NCBI GenBank assembly: GCA_051294375.1
Contig: CM119271.1
Location: 13,386,473 to 13,450,472, forward strand
DNA length: 64,000 nucleotides
Reading direction: 5' to 3'
Source: Paraspadella gotoi
Lineage: Eukaryota; Animalia; Chaetognatha
In this document: in pieces, positions 12,201 to 26,090 of the stretch
How the letters are laid out: each line of letters starts with the position of its first letter
Position numbering within the stretch: the stretch's first letter is position 1
Position numbers and translations under genes: made by a program
Notes under the pieces: model-generated
What the model was told of the DNA's origin: nothing
Database searches by the model: none
What the model saw: the letters and a program-made list of their open reading frames with translations, nothing else

Positions 12201-14869
12201 TCTTGACTCTCACACTCACCTCTCTTCTGGATAATAATAGATAATAATATAATATAATATAATAATATATAATATATATTATATATATAATAATATATAT
12301 AATATAATAGATAATAATCCTTAAAAGCTTTCAGAAAAAGCACCCGGTACACTACAAGTACAACCAGCACGTTTTTATCTCTTTACATTTCGAAAACATC
12401 ATTTGATATTCGTTAAGTCCATATTAATTTCAAATATAAAAACACTTTAAGAAAATGTATCATTCGATTGATTGAAAAGATTAAAAAAAATTTTCATCGA
12501 ATCATAAATTGGAACAAAAAAAAATTATCGTTTTTTTCTTTTTTAATTAATTATTGATTTGGTCTTGAAACTTTGGACGTCATTCGTCAAGACATTCATG
12601 CATCATTAAACGCGGGGACTGGAGTTTGGGGACGACGCATGATTTCAGAACGATGTGAGGGGCACCCAATGACTTTTTTTGACTGTAAGGGACACAAGAC
12701 GAAGGAATTAATTACGATTTGACTGACTGTAGATGACGACGGAACAGAACAAGATGTATGATTTAGAGCGTACGTTACGAACTGAACGAAGGATGACGTG
12801 AAACCGGTGGACCCCCCGGGATGAGCGACGACCGAAGACTAAGATCGACGAGTATATGTTGGAGTGATCAGTATAGAACTAGACGATGGGTAGCACTGGA
12901 GACGGACGAGGGGTTGCGATCTACAGAATACGGCAGTGGGTAAACGAGCGGAACACGAAATCGATAAGACTGGGCAACGGAATGTACTACGACGCGAAGC
13001 CGAACCTATGATTTCGTTAAAACAGACTTCGACATCTGAATGCATAGAAACTACCGCGGACAATAGACCAATATTATTTTGATCTGATATATGGTATTTT
13101 TAATCTAGGTCATTATGACCTGAGATATGTAAAAGAAACAAAGATCTATCATTCTCCAAATAATAGAAGCGCTAACTGAAATTAAAACCCAATAACCATA
13201 CAATGACGTAACATAGAAATATTGATCTGATTATCCTTTTCCCCTTTCCCTTTCTTTATCCCACTTCCATTACATTTATCCACTTTTCTTCCAATCTGCA
13301 TAATTCTTATTTTCGCACTCTATCAAACACAAATGAGCGATTTCAATTCTTTCTATTATTGAACAAATGTTTATTTCTTCTTAAAAGCTATATAGTAATC
13401 GATTTTTATGTTCCAACCAACCTGTCCTCTTTGCGGCATGATCCAAAACTGATTACATTCAATATATAATTTTTTTTAAAAAATACGGGACTACAATTAT
13501 ATTTGAAATATAAAAAACCCTTCCAAACCCTTAAAAGATACAGAAAAACCAATTTCTAAGATGATTGCATTGATTTTCAGAATCACGTTACTCCGACAGC
13601 AATGCTATCAGTAATCTGTCGTTAAAGGAATTTTCGAACTACTAATTTAATAAAAACTCCCGTTACCAATGGATATACTTACACGACATTCTTCCACAAT
13701 CTTACTATTAAATTAAAACATATCATTATCATAAAGTGGAGAAGTACATCATCCTAATCCAGAAAGGTAATTATTGCGCCTGTGAGCGAAAAAAAAGAAT
13801 TTTATACAGTTCAATACAAAATCATTCTTTGTATGGGACAGCATCGTAACTGACTTCGATCCATTGACTGACACAGGAAAGGCGACTAAATGACTAGAAC
13901 AAAATATCTGTCTGACCAGAACTATATATTTCAGAACCCCTTATCTGTAATTGAATCCAAGATTTAGTTAGCATCAGCCCTACACCCTTAGTCCAGTCAA
14001 TCATAGCGCCGACCACAACAATATAACACCACTAAGAGTTTTCTGTAATATATAATAACCCCCAGTTAGGAACGGCCACCGACCGAGCTCCTGACTACAG
14101 TTCTACCCTGTTGGGATGCACGAATTTCGAGTAAACAAAAATTAACGTTTCTTATTTGACATATTAACCAGTAATCATATGTCGTGAAGCACTATTCCCC
14201 GATATAAAGTTCTATTCACTAGCCGTCCACTTGACACTCCAACAGAATCCCAGCATCCGATAATGATCTCTTTTTTTACTAAACTACTACTACTAACTCT
14301 AAGAATTTCTCATTAAAAAGTGGACTTTGGGTAGAGATGAAAAAATAGAATAAAACAATCACATGTACTTACATGACACCAGACTCTTCCTAACCATTCC
14401 ATCGTCTTTATTCGTCTATATGTCGGCTTAATACCACACATTTAACAAAAATGAGAGCTTAAACACCTAAAATATCTCATGTACGTCTCGCTGTCACGAT
14501 AGTATGGATCGGTTTTCAATAAGATCCACTCGTAAGTCTCTTTTCCCCAGTTATATCTGCACTCTGGGCTTCCCCACTTCCCATTCATTCAAACCGTACT
14601 AGGTATTGCAAATTAATACGCATCATTTATCATCCTTATGTGCTACGAAAACTTTTTCAGGCTATCTAAACGGATTATCTTCAAAAAATACAAAATACGA
14701 TTTGTTCAAAACTTTTGTTCCTGTCCTCAACGGCCACAGTCGCAGCTTACACTTAGATCAATGCAAATCGTGGTTCAGGGTTTTTTCTCCGTCTCTGGAA
14801 TTAAGGCAGCGAAAGAAACAAGAAGGAGATTGCCTCTCGACGGGAGAGGGAGGGGAGAGAGAGAGATAG

Positions 14870-14911
<42 letters not shown>

Positions 14912-15144
14912 AGAGCAGAGAGAGGAGAGAAGAGAGAGAATGAGAGAGAGAGGAGAGAAGAAGAAGAGAGAGAGAGAGGGGCGGAGTCGGACAGAGGACG
15001 CGCGAAAAGCGCTAGCCAATAAATGCCATGGGGAAAAGCACAATCTGGATACGAGAGAGAGAGAGAGAGAGAAGAGAAGCGAGCGGTAGAGAAGAGAGGA
15101 GAGGAGAGAGAAGGAAGAGGAGAGAGAAGGAGAGAGAGAGACAG
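12200..15144 (+). repeat. Third, insertion-riddled copy of 19230-21008
   Basis: Near-identical to 19230-19690 at 12200-12640. Anchors such as AATGAGCGATTTCAAT (13332), TTTCTAAGATGATTGC (13553) and CCTCTCGACGGGAGAGGG (14833) persist in order but are stretched by scattered insertions. Confidence 0.85.
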
Positions 15145-15778
15145 NNNNNNNNNNNNNNNNNNNNNNNNNTTTTTTTTTAAAAAAAGCAACAGCGGACGCC
15201 TTAATAAAGGTAACGACAAACTGCTTATTAAACTGGGAGCTGGCGAGATATTGTTAAACTTAAAATAACTAAAATAAAGTGCTCCAAACTTATTCTTTAT
15301 TAAATCCAACAAAACTAAACAAAAACTAGACATACGTTTCTCTCTGTAAGACATAAGACTTTTAATTGTTTTTTGCTTCTATGCTTTTCACGTTTAAACT
15401 TGAACGTTTTTGTGAATTAGTCCTTAACATTTTTTTAAATTTTCTATTTTTGATCATTAGTTTAGTTTTATTTGTTTATCGCGTCTGTTTATGATTTCAT
15501 GCCGGAATTTGTTAATACTTGTTTTTGGTATTAATTAAAAAAAAAACATTCTCTCTTATCATTACAGGAGATACAGAGATGGAACCGGATCAAAGACACG
15601 GGGAGAAATCACGCAGATGAATCAAGCTCTCTGATTGGTGAGACCCGAATGTGAAGCGGCCAATGGCGGATGGGCTTCCATCCGCCAGGAAACTTTTACC
15701 CATGACCTCTGATCCACTGGATTATATAAATAGCGTAGATTTTGTATCTAACATCCTGTCTTTACTTACTTAAAAGTA

Positions 15779-15822
15779 TGGTGGCACGATAGGATTTCGA
15801 ACCCACGCCTCCGAAGAAGACT
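15779..15822 (-). pseudogene. tRNA-Leu 3'-half fragment (mirror copy of 22031-22073)
   Basis: TGGTGGCACGATAGGATTTCGAACCCACGCCTCCGAAGAAGACT is the reverse complement of a tRNA-Leu variable arm, T arm and acceptor 3' strand. Confidence 0.7.
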
Positions 15823-16361
15823 ATAAAAATTTGGCCACATGTAGAATTAGGCAATTTCGATTTTGGTTCGCTTAAATTCTGATTTAGTTTAAATATTAAA
15901 GTTAAAATTAAAAATCGGGGATAAACGAACAAAAATGGGCTCTCTCGGGAAAGAGGCCAAACAAACAAACAAACAAAACAACAACAACAACAACAGCATT
16001 AAAATCCGAGCGATTTCCATCGTTTTCGTGTTCGAATGAAAGAAAATTGTCAGGATTCTTTGACAGCGTATTCTTCGCCGTCGAATTCGCGGTCTCCGCC
16101 CGCAGGAGCTGCGGCTGCTTGTCGGCGTCAACCGGAGAAAAGGAAAACTTATGACAAAAAAAAAGTAATTTTTTTTATTCTTTAGTCACTTTTAAGGCTC
16201 AAGTTGTTTGTATTGAGGAATCAACTCTTTGAACCACCAAAAAGACCGAATCTGACAAGAATTGAATATTTCATTGAATGTCTGGGATATACATGCCAAT
16301 TTTCGATCTTCACCCTTCCCTCTATCCCCTGATTACCCCACCCCATCTCTCTTCTCTCTCT

Positions 16362-16405
<44 letters not shown>

Positions 16406-16873
16406 TCTCTCTCGATGATAACTTCAATAACTAATTTTATAAATTACTTTTATGCCTGTAAATTATGTAGACTTAATACTATCTTGTTGTTTGTACATAA
16501 AACTTATCTGTACCCGCCTCTGTAACTTATATGTTTTTGGTTTTAATTAATCGTGTGTTAACTTCACATTTTTGAGCATTACCAATTTACAAATAGAAAA
16601 AAATCCAATCTTTCACACAGCTACGTTTCTTCGTCCCACGAATGTGAAATGAAATAAACGTAAATTGTTCCAAAGTTTGAAAACTCGGCCCAATCTAGAA
16701 TACAGACGATTTCTCCAGTCGCCCTTCGTGAAAATTTGATGGAATATTCTTTCGGTCGACGGATAAAACAATAATGAACAAATGACAACAACAAACAGAT
16801 TCTCATGCTGCAGAAGGAAGCTGCTTCCAACTGCCACGATGAGGAGTACATTCTTACGACATAACGCTATCTG

Positions 16874-16905
<32 letters not shown>

Positions 16906-16910
16906 CTCTC

Positions 16911-16957
<47 letters not shown>

Positions 16958-17051
16958 CAAGATTGTGTTTTCCCATGGTTTATGGACGCTTTCGCCGTCC
17001 TCTGCCGACTCCGCCTCTCCCTCTCTCTCTCCTCTCCTCTCTCTCTCTCTC

Positions 17052-17146
<95 letters not shown>

Positions 17147-17289
17147 CCCGCCCCTCCCGGTCGAGAGGCGAATCTTCCTTCTTTTTTCCGCCTCCTAATC
17201 CGAGACGAGAAAAAACCCTAACACTGATTGCATCGAAGGGCGGGGAAGGGGGAGGTGGAGAGAAAATGACCAGACGGATGGGGGAACAG

Positions 17290-18170
17290 AGTGGGAAGGA
17301 AGAGTGGACAGTGGTCAGACAGGAGAGTGGACAGTGGTCGCTGGAAAGACGGGGGAGTGGTCAGACGAGAGAGGAAAGAGTAGTCTGGCAGAGTGGTCAG
17401 TGGACAGACGGGGGGGAGTGGTCGGACGACAGACGAAGGAGTGGGGAGTCAGAGTGGTCGGTGTGTCGCTGGAAAGACGTGGGGAGTGGACTGATCAGGT
17501 GTGGTCTGATGTCACTGGACAGATAGGGTTCAAAAAAAGTGTTCTGGACAGATATTGTAGCAAGTGTAATCAATGGATTCGAGTGATTGCAAGAATTGTT
17601 TTGAAGATAATTTTCGCAAGGGATTTCAGAGAGTGATTACTTTTATGAAATTAGTGGAAGTGGTTTGGAATCAAGCAATCACATTACAAAATTGCTTGTC
17701 GGAAGTGATTGGAATCAAGCAATCATCTTAGAAAATTGGTTGTCGGAATTGATTGCAAGGAAAAAAATCAAGCGAGACGTATGGAAGATTGAAATCGCTC
17801 ATTGGATGAGGAAAAGGAAAAGGAAAAGGAAAAGGAAAAGGAAAAGGAAAAGGAAAAGGAAAGGGAGGTCGTCAGTCGTCGTTATCGTCGTCGGTGTCGT
17901 CGTCATCGGCGTCGTCATAATCTTCGTCGTCGTCATCGTCGTCATGTCGTCTTCGTCGTCGTTATCGTCCGTTGCCATCTTCGTCGTCCGTCGTCATTTT
18001 CGTCGTCGTTGTAATCGTCGTCTTTGTCATCTTCGTCGTCATCTTCGTCGTCGTCATCGTCGTTGTCATCTTCGTCGTCGTCGTTGTCATCTTCGTCGTC
18101 CGTCGTCATCATGTCGTCGTAATCGTCGTCTTTGTCATCTTCGTCGTCGTCATCTTCGTCATCGTCGTCC
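17290..18170 (+). repeat. Compound low-complexity block: GAGTGG(T/A)CAGAC-type repeat (17290-17550), GTGATTGC/AATCAAGC repeat (17570-17790), (GGAAAA)n (17809-17862), (CGT)n-derived tract (17870-18170); mirrored at 19680-20580
   Basis: Direct reading. Confidence 0.85.
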
Positions 18171-18614
18171 CCAAACTCCAGTCCCGCGTTTAATGATGCA
18201 TAATGTCTTGACGAATGACGTCCAAAGTTCAAGAACCAAATCAATAATTAATTAAAAAAGAAAAAAAAACGATAATTTTTTTTTGTTCCAATTTATGATT
18301 CGATGAAAATTTTTTTTAATCTTTTCAATCAATCGAATGATACATTTTCTTTCAAAGTGTTTTTTTTTATATTTGAAATTAATTGGACTTAACGAATATC
18401 AAATGATGTTTTCGAAATGTAAAGAGATAAAAACGTGCTGGTTGTACTTGTAGTGTACCGGGTGCTTTTCTCTGAAAGCTTTTAAGGTATTATTATCTAT
18501 TATATTATTATATTATTATATATATATTATATATATATTATATATTATTATATTATATTAATATTATTATCTATTATTATCCAGAAGAGGGTGATGAGAG
18601 TCAAGACTCAGGAG

Positions 18615-19221
18615 TAAGGCGTAGTAAAATTTCTAAATTTAACTTTAATTAAAATTCTAAAAGTGAGGAACGAACAACATTATACTAATAAACATTTATG
18701 TATAAAAAAATTTATAATAAATTTTACAATTTACGCAGTAGGCCATATTTATACTAGTACTAATCCAATAAATGTTAAAATTTCAAAACAGTTTTTTTCT
18801 AAGATTTTTTTGCAGATTTGGATTCGTCATAAAAAGTTGATTAAAAGAAATATAACTCTTTTTAAAAAATTCCTTCATTAAGTGGGTCAAAAATTAGAAA
18901 AAGCTATATTTTAAGCTGAAAATCAACTTTTATATATTAAATATAGTTTTTGTAATTTTTAACCCACTTAATGAAAGAATTTTTAAAAATAATTTATATT
19001 TCTTTTATCAACTTTTGACGAGGAATTCAAATCTGCAATCAAAATTAAGAAAAGCCTATTTTGAAATTTTTCAATTTTATAAGGATAGTACTATATATAA
19101 ATATAGCCTACTGCGAAAATTAAAAAACATAAAATTAATTTTTTTACAAAATTAATGTTTACTGATGGTATGTGTTCATAATTGACATTAAAGTTAAATT
19201 TAGAAATTTTACTACGCCTTA
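18615..19221. mobile_element. hAT-like MITE, ~607 bp, internally palindromic
   Basis: Termini TAAGGCGTAGT (18615-18625) and ACTACGCCTTA (19211-19221). Diverged internal IR, e.g. TTCATTAAGTGGGT (18874) and ACCCACTTAATGAA (18962). 8-bp TSD CTCCTGAG at 19222-19229; 8-bp TSDs are typical of hAT. Confidence 0.7.
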
Positions 19222-20700
19222 CTCCTGAGTCTTGACTCTCATCACCCTCTTCTGGATAATAATAGATAATAATATAATATAATATAATATAATAATATAT
19301 AATATATATATAATATATATATAATAATATAATAATTTAATAATATAATAGATAATAATACCTTAAAAGCTTTCAGAGAAAAGCACCCGGTACACTACAA
19401 GTACAACCAGCACGTTTTTATCTCTTTACATTTCGAAAACATCATTTGATATTCGTTAAGTCCATATTAATTTCAAATATAAAAAAAAACACTTTGAAAG
19501 AAAATGTATCATTCGATTGATTGAAAAGATTAAAAAAAATTTTCATCGAATCATAAATTGGAACAAAAAAAAATTATCGTTTTTTTTTCTTTTTTAATTA
19601 ATTATTGATTTGGTTCTTGAACTTTGGACGTCATTCGTCAAGACATTCATGCATCATTAAACGCGGGGACTGGAGTTTGGGGACGACGATGACGAAGATG
19701 ACGACGACGAAGATGACAAAGACGACGATTACGACGACGATGATGACGACGGACGACGAAGATGACAACGACGACGACGAAGATGACAACGGACGATGAC
19801 GACGACGAAGATGACGACGAAGATGACAAAGACGACGATTACAACGACGACGAAAATGACGACGGACGACGAAGATGGCAACGGACGATAACGACGACGA
19901 AGACGAACATGACGACGATGACGACGACGAAGATTATGACGACGCCGATGACGACGACACCGACGACGATAACGACGACTGACGACCTCCCTTTCCTTTT
20001 CCTTTTCCTTTTCCTTTTCCTTTTCCTTTTCCTTTTCCTCATCCAATGAGCGATTTCAATCTTCCATACGTCTCGCTTGATTTTTTTCCTTGCAATCAAT
20101 TCCGACAACCAATTTTCTAAGATGATTGCTTGATTCCAATCACTTCCGACAAGCAATTTTGTAATGTGATTGCTTGATTCCAACCACTTCCACTAATTTC
20201 ATAAAAGTAATCACTCTCTGAAATCCCTTGCGAAAATTATCTTCAAAACAATTCTTGCAATCACTCGAATCCATTGACTTACACTTGCTACAATATCTGT
20301 CCAGAACACTTTTTTCGAACCCTATCTGTCCAGTGACATCAGACCACACCTGATCAGTCCACTCCCCACGTCTTTCCAGCGACCACCGACCACTCTGACT
20401 CCCCACTCCTTCGTCTGTCGTCCGACCACTCCCCCCCGTCTGTCCACTGACCACTCTGCCAGACTACTCTTTCCTCTCTCGTCTGACCACTCCCCCGTCT
20501 TTCCAGCGACCACTGTCCACTCTCCTGTCTGACCACTGTCCACTCTTCCTTCCCACTCTGTTCCCCCATCCGTCTGGTCATTTTCTCCACCTCCCCCCTT
20601 CCCCGCCCTTCGATGCAATCAGTGTTAGGGTTTTTTCTCGTCTCGGATTAGGAGGCGGAAAAAAGAAGGAAGATTCGCCTCTCGACCGGGAGAGGGCGGG

Positions 20701-20802
<102 letters not shown>

Positions 20803-20908
20803 GAGAGAGAGAGAGAGAGGAGAGGAGAAGAGAGAGAGAGAGAGAGAGAGGGCGGAGTCGGCAGAGACGGCGAAAGCGTCCATAAACCATGGGAAAACAC
20901 AATCTTGG

Positions 20909-20962
<54 letters not shown>

Positions 20963-20967
20963 AGAAA

Positions 20968-21011
<44 letters not shown>

Positions 21012-22030
21012 TAGCGTTATGTCGTAAGAATGTACTCCTCATCGTCGCAGTTGAAGCAGCTTCCTTCTGCAGCATGAGAATCTGTTGTTGTTGTCATTGT
21101 TATTGTTATCGTCGACCGAAAGAATATTCCATCAAATTTTCAAAAAGGGCGACTGGAAAATCGTCTGTATTTAGATTTGGCCGAGTTTCAAACTTTGGAA
21201 CAATTTACGTTTATTTCATTCACTCGTGGACGAAGAAAGTACTGTGTGAAAGATTGGATTTTTTTCTATTTGTAAATTGTAATGCTCAAAAATGTGACAG
21301 TTAACACACGATTAATTAAAACCAAAAACATATAAGTTACAGAGGCGGGTACATAATATTTATGTACAAACAACAAGATAGTATTAAGTCTACATAATTT
21401 AACAGCATAAAAGTAAATTTATAAATAGTTATTGAAGTTATCATCGAGAGAGGAGAGAGAGAAGAGAGAGCAGAGAGAGAGAGAGAGAGAAAGAGAGAAG
21501 AGGAAGAAGGAAAGCAGAGAGAGAAGAGAGATGGGGTGGGGTAATCAGGGGAAGGGGAAGGGTGAAGATCGAAAATGCATGTATATCCCAGACATCAATG
21601 AAATATTCAATTCTTGTCAGATTCGGTCTTTGTGGTTCAAAGAGTTGATTCCTCATACAAACAACTTGAGCCTTAAAAGTGACAAAGAATAAAAAAAAAT
21701 TACTTTTTTTTTGTCAGTTTTCTTTTCTCCGGTTGACCGCCGGACGAAGCAGCCGCAGCTCCTGACGCGGCGGAGCCGCGAATTCGACGGCGACGCTGTC
21801 AAAGAATCTGACATTTCTTTCATTCGAACGAAAACGAAATGGAATCGCTGGATTTTATGCTGTTGTTGTTGTTGTTGTTTGTTTGTTTGTTTGTTTTGGC
21901 TCTCTTTTCCGAGAGAGCCCCATTTTTGTTCGTTTATCCCCGATTTTTATTTTAACTTTAATATTTAACTAAAATCAGAATCTAAGCGAACGAAATCGAA
22001 TTGCCTAATTCTACAATGTGGCATTTTTAT

Positions 22031-22073
22031 AGTCTCTTCGGAGGCGTGGGTTCGAATCCTATCGCTGCCACCA
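22031..22073 (+). pseudogene. tRNA-Leu (AAG/TAG type) 3'-half fragment followed by CCA and TTTT
   Basis: AGTCTCTTCGGAGGCGTGGGTTCGAATCCTATCGCTGCCA matches the conserved animal tRNA-Leu 3' half (AGTCTCTTCGGAGGCGTGGGTTCGAATCCCACCGCTGCCA) with an intact B box. No D or anticodon arm upstream. Confidence 0.8.
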
Positions 22074-22978
22074 CTTTTAAGTAAGTAGACAGGGATTTCA
22101 GATACAAAATCTACAGCTATTTATATAATGCCAGTGGATCAGAGTCATGAGTAAAGTTTCCTGGCGGATGGAAGCCCATCCGCCCATTGGCCGCTTCCAT
22201 TCGGGTCTCAACCAATCAGAGAGCTTGATTCCATCTCGGTGATTTCTCCCCGTGTCTTTGATCCGGTTCCATCTCTGTATCTCCTGTAATGATAGAGAGA
22301 ATGTTTTTTTTTATTAATACCAAAAACAGTATTAACAAATTCGGCATGAAAATCAATAACAACGCGATAAACAAATAAAACTAAACTAAGATCAAAAATA
22401 GAAAATTTAAAAAAAATGTTAAGGACTAATTCACAAAAACCGTTCAAGTTTTAAACGTGAAAAGCATAGAAGCAAAAACAATTAAAAGTCTTATGTCTTA
22501 CAGAGAGAACGTATGTCTAGTTTTGTTTAGTTTTGTTGGAATTTATAAAGAATAAGTTTGGAGACTGTATTTTAGTTATTTTAAGTTGTAACAATATCTC
22601 TCAGCTCCAGTTTAATAAGCAGTTTGACGTTACCTTTTATTAAGGCGTCGCTGTTGCTTTTTTATTGATATTGCGTTGTTCGTTTCACTGCTATATGCAA
22701 ATGAGAATATGGGATAGATCGAACGAGAGACGAAGAGAATCGGACAGAAAGAAATGCAGAAGATCGAGAGAGCGAGAGAAAAAGAAATAGAAAGAGATAG
22801 AGATTCGGACGAAATGAGAGAAGGAAAATCGAGAGAGCGAGAGACTGAATTCGCGTCAATTTTTACCAGAGAAAAACTCATTAGCGAATCGTCGAAGGTC
22901 CGAGTTTGAAGCAGCAAAGAATAAGAAGAGAGAGAGAGAGAGAGAGAGAAGAAGAGGAGAGAGAAGAGAGAGAGAGAG

Positions 22979-23022
<44 letters not shown>

Positions 23023-23230
23023 CCCAGTGACAATCGAAACAAGAGAGGAAGAGAGATAGAGAGAGAGGAGAGAGAGAGAGAGGGAGAGAGAAGAGAGAGC
23101 AGAGAGAGAGAGAGAGAAGAAAGAGAATGGCTACGAGAAACAGTTTTCTGCATAAAAATGGAATTACGCCACAAAGGTGGAAGACAAAGGGTAAAGAACA
23201 TGGGAGAGAGGAGAGAGAGAGAGAGAGAAG

Positions 23231-23303
<73 letters not shown>

Positions 23304-23412
23304 TTAGTCAAAGTGAGAGAAAAAAGCGAGATAGAGAGTGAGACATGCTAAAACGAGAGACAAGGACTGGGTATTCACGACCCCGCCTCCTCGTCCATGT
23401 TTGAACGAAAGA

Positions 23413-23457
<45 letters not shown>

Positions 23458-23506
23458 TTCCTCTCTTACGCTCGCCTCGTCGTCGTTCACGTCGTCTTCT
23501 CTCCGT

Positions 23507-23542
<36 letters not shown>

Positions 23543-24219
23543 ACTCTAACGTCATCCTCGTAGCAACGGCCCTCGTTAGCGACTCCGCCTTGGCTACGGC
23601 GCCTATTCTCCTTAGCAACCGGGCCTTTACAAACGGCCCATAGCAACCGGTCGCCGGTCGTTCTCTCTCTACTCTCTCTCTCTCTCTCTCTCTCTTTCCT
23701 TTTTTTTTTACACGCGCGCTTTTCATAAACTCCGACAGCCCCGTCTTACTTTTTTTTTTTCGTGGGAGAAAAGACAGACATACAACGAAATATAAAGGAA
23801 TTTAAACTAAAATGACTTAAAAAGTTTTTTTTTTAAGCAAAACCAAAAAAAAAAAAACAATTGTTTGCCTTTTTTCTTTCTCTTTTTTATTCCTTCTTGT
23901 TTTTTTTTTTTCGACTAATCGTTTCTGTTTTTTGTTTTTCTTTTCTTTTTTTTTCCAAGTTTCATCTACGCGAGGGAATCGAAGTACGGCTCTCAGTCGG
24001 GCGGTGAGAGAGGTACTCGAGCGGGCCTATCGTCCACTCTGATGTACGATAGAGAGATAGAGGAGACGATTAGAGAGAGATGAGAGAGTAGATCGAGGAG
24101 AGCGAGTAGAGACGAAGAGAGAAGAGAGGGACGGAAGGGCGGAGGATGAGCGAGATCAGAATTCGTCCCGTCGGATTCTCACGATCTCCCTTTTCTTTTT
24201 TATGGCCTCCGTTTTTGAG

Positions 24220-24850
24220 ATCTACTTTCTACTTTGCCATCCTTTTTCATCGCCATCGTTTTTCATATCTTTTTCTCTTCTGCCATCTTTTTAATATCTA
24301 CTTTCTACTTTGCCATCTTTTTTCATCGCCATCGTTTTTCACTTCTCTTTCTTTTCTGCCATCTTTTTAATATCTACTTTCTACTTTGTCATCTTTTTTC
24401 ATCGCAATCGTTTTTCACTTCTCTTTCTCTTCTGCCATCTTTTTAATATCTACTTTCTACTTTGCCATCTTTTTTCATTGCCATCGTTTTTCACTTCTCT
24501 TTCTCTTCTGCCATCTTTTTAATATCTACTTTCTATTTTGCCATTCTTTTTCATCGCCATTGTTTTTTACTTCTCTTTTTTTTCTGCCATATTTTTAATG
24601 TCTCCTTTCTATTTTGCCATCTTTTTTCATCGCCATCATTTTTTACTTCTCTTTTTTTTCTGCCCTCTTTTTAATGTCTCTTTTCTACTTTGACATCTTT
24701 GTTCATCGCCATCGTTTTTCACCTCTTTTTCTTCTCTGACATCTTTTTAAGGTCTCCTTTCCACTTTGCCATCTTTTAAAACTTTTCTACTGACATAATT
24801 TCTCGGTCTCCTTTCAACTACGCCATCTTTTTTCATCGCCATTTTTTTTG
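24220..24850 (+). repeat. 76-bp minisatellite, ~8 copies, with GCCATC subrepeats
   Basis: TCTACTTTCTACTTTGCCATC recurs every 76 bp; ORF starts at 24234/24310/24386/24462 are offset by 76. Confidence 0.93.
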
Positions 24851-25489
24851 TCTCCATCTATTATTTTGTTTTAGCATTGCCATCTTTTTTTTTTTAATTT
24901 TACGACACTTATTCTAATAGCATTATTTATTATCTTTTATTTTCTTTTACCTTTTTTGACCCTAATTTTTTGTTCCTTTTTTTTTCACTTTAAACTTTGT
25001 ATTAGTTCCAAACCCGTCTGTCATTTTCATCGTCATATACTCATATTTAATTTTCGCGATTTCTCTCATAGATCTTCAATCTTCAAAATGGACGAGTGAA
25101 TTTCGGCGAAATCTGGAATGAATTTCCTCTGACTAGTGAAACTTCTTCTCAACATTTCTATACATTCTTGATAGTATTATTTTCGACTTAAGCATACATT
25201 AGACTTTGCTTAAATCTTCATAATTTTACTTCTTTCACGTTTACTTCTTCTCAGCCATCTTTTAAAGACAACATTGCACGCGCGCTTCTCTCTTTAATTT
25301 TTCGACGAGTCTTCAATCCAAGACTTTTAGCAATTTTAAACTTGTCCTCTTTGGAAAATCGTCTCAAGTTGTCCGAAACGCCAAAGTCAGAAAGACAATT
25401 TGAAAAACAAAGAAAAGTAAAAAAAAATAAAATCAAAGAAAGAAAACTTCTCGGAATTAAAGAATTCTCTTTTTAAAAGAGTCGTTCGT

Positions 25490-26090
25490 CCTTTCATCCT
25501 CGTCGTTCTCCTTTCTTCGTTCGCCGTTCTCCTTTCTTCGTTCGCCGTTCGCCGTTCTCCTTTCTTCATTCGCCGTTCTCCTTTCTTTGTTCGCCGTTCT
25601 CCTTTCATCCTCGGCGTTCTCCTTTCTTCATTCGCCGTTCGCTGTTCTCCTTTCTTCATTCGCCGTTCTCCTATCTTTGTTCGCCATTCTCCTTTCTTTG
25701 CTGTTCTTCTTTCTTTTTTTTTGTTCTCCTTTCTTCATTTGCCATTCTCCAAACATTGTTCACCATTCTCCATTCTTCATCCTCTGTTCTCCTTTTTTAT
25801 TCATTGTTCTCCTTTCTTTCATTCACCATTCACCTACCTTTGTTTGCCATGCCATGTTTTTTCCATCGCTGTTTTCATTTCTTCATTCACAATTCTCCAG
25901 ATCGCAGTTCGCCATTCTCCTTTCTTTGTCCGCTGTTCTCCAAGTTTCATTCGCCGTTCTCCTATATTTTTCGCCATTCTCTTTTCTTCATTAGCCATTC
26001 TCCTATCTTTGTTCACCGTTCTCCTATTTTAGTTCGCCGTTCTCCTATCTTCATTCCCCGTTCTCCTATCTTTGTTCGCCGTTCATTATT
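25490..26090 (+). repeat. ~21-bp minisatellite (TTCGCCGTTCTCCTTTCTTCA)
   Basis: Direct reading. Confidence 0.88.

Noticed and set aside
18890-18960. Sequencing-adapter remnant at the palindrome axis
   Set aside because: No recognisable adapter sequence; the axis is the AT-rich loop of the MITE hairpin.
25251-25436. Minus-strand peptide CLSDFGVSDNL resembling a kinase DFG motif; KEDKFKIAKSLGL also resembles some gag N-termini
   Set aside because: No HRD, APE or other kinase motifs or convincing splice sites nearby; too short to assign either way.
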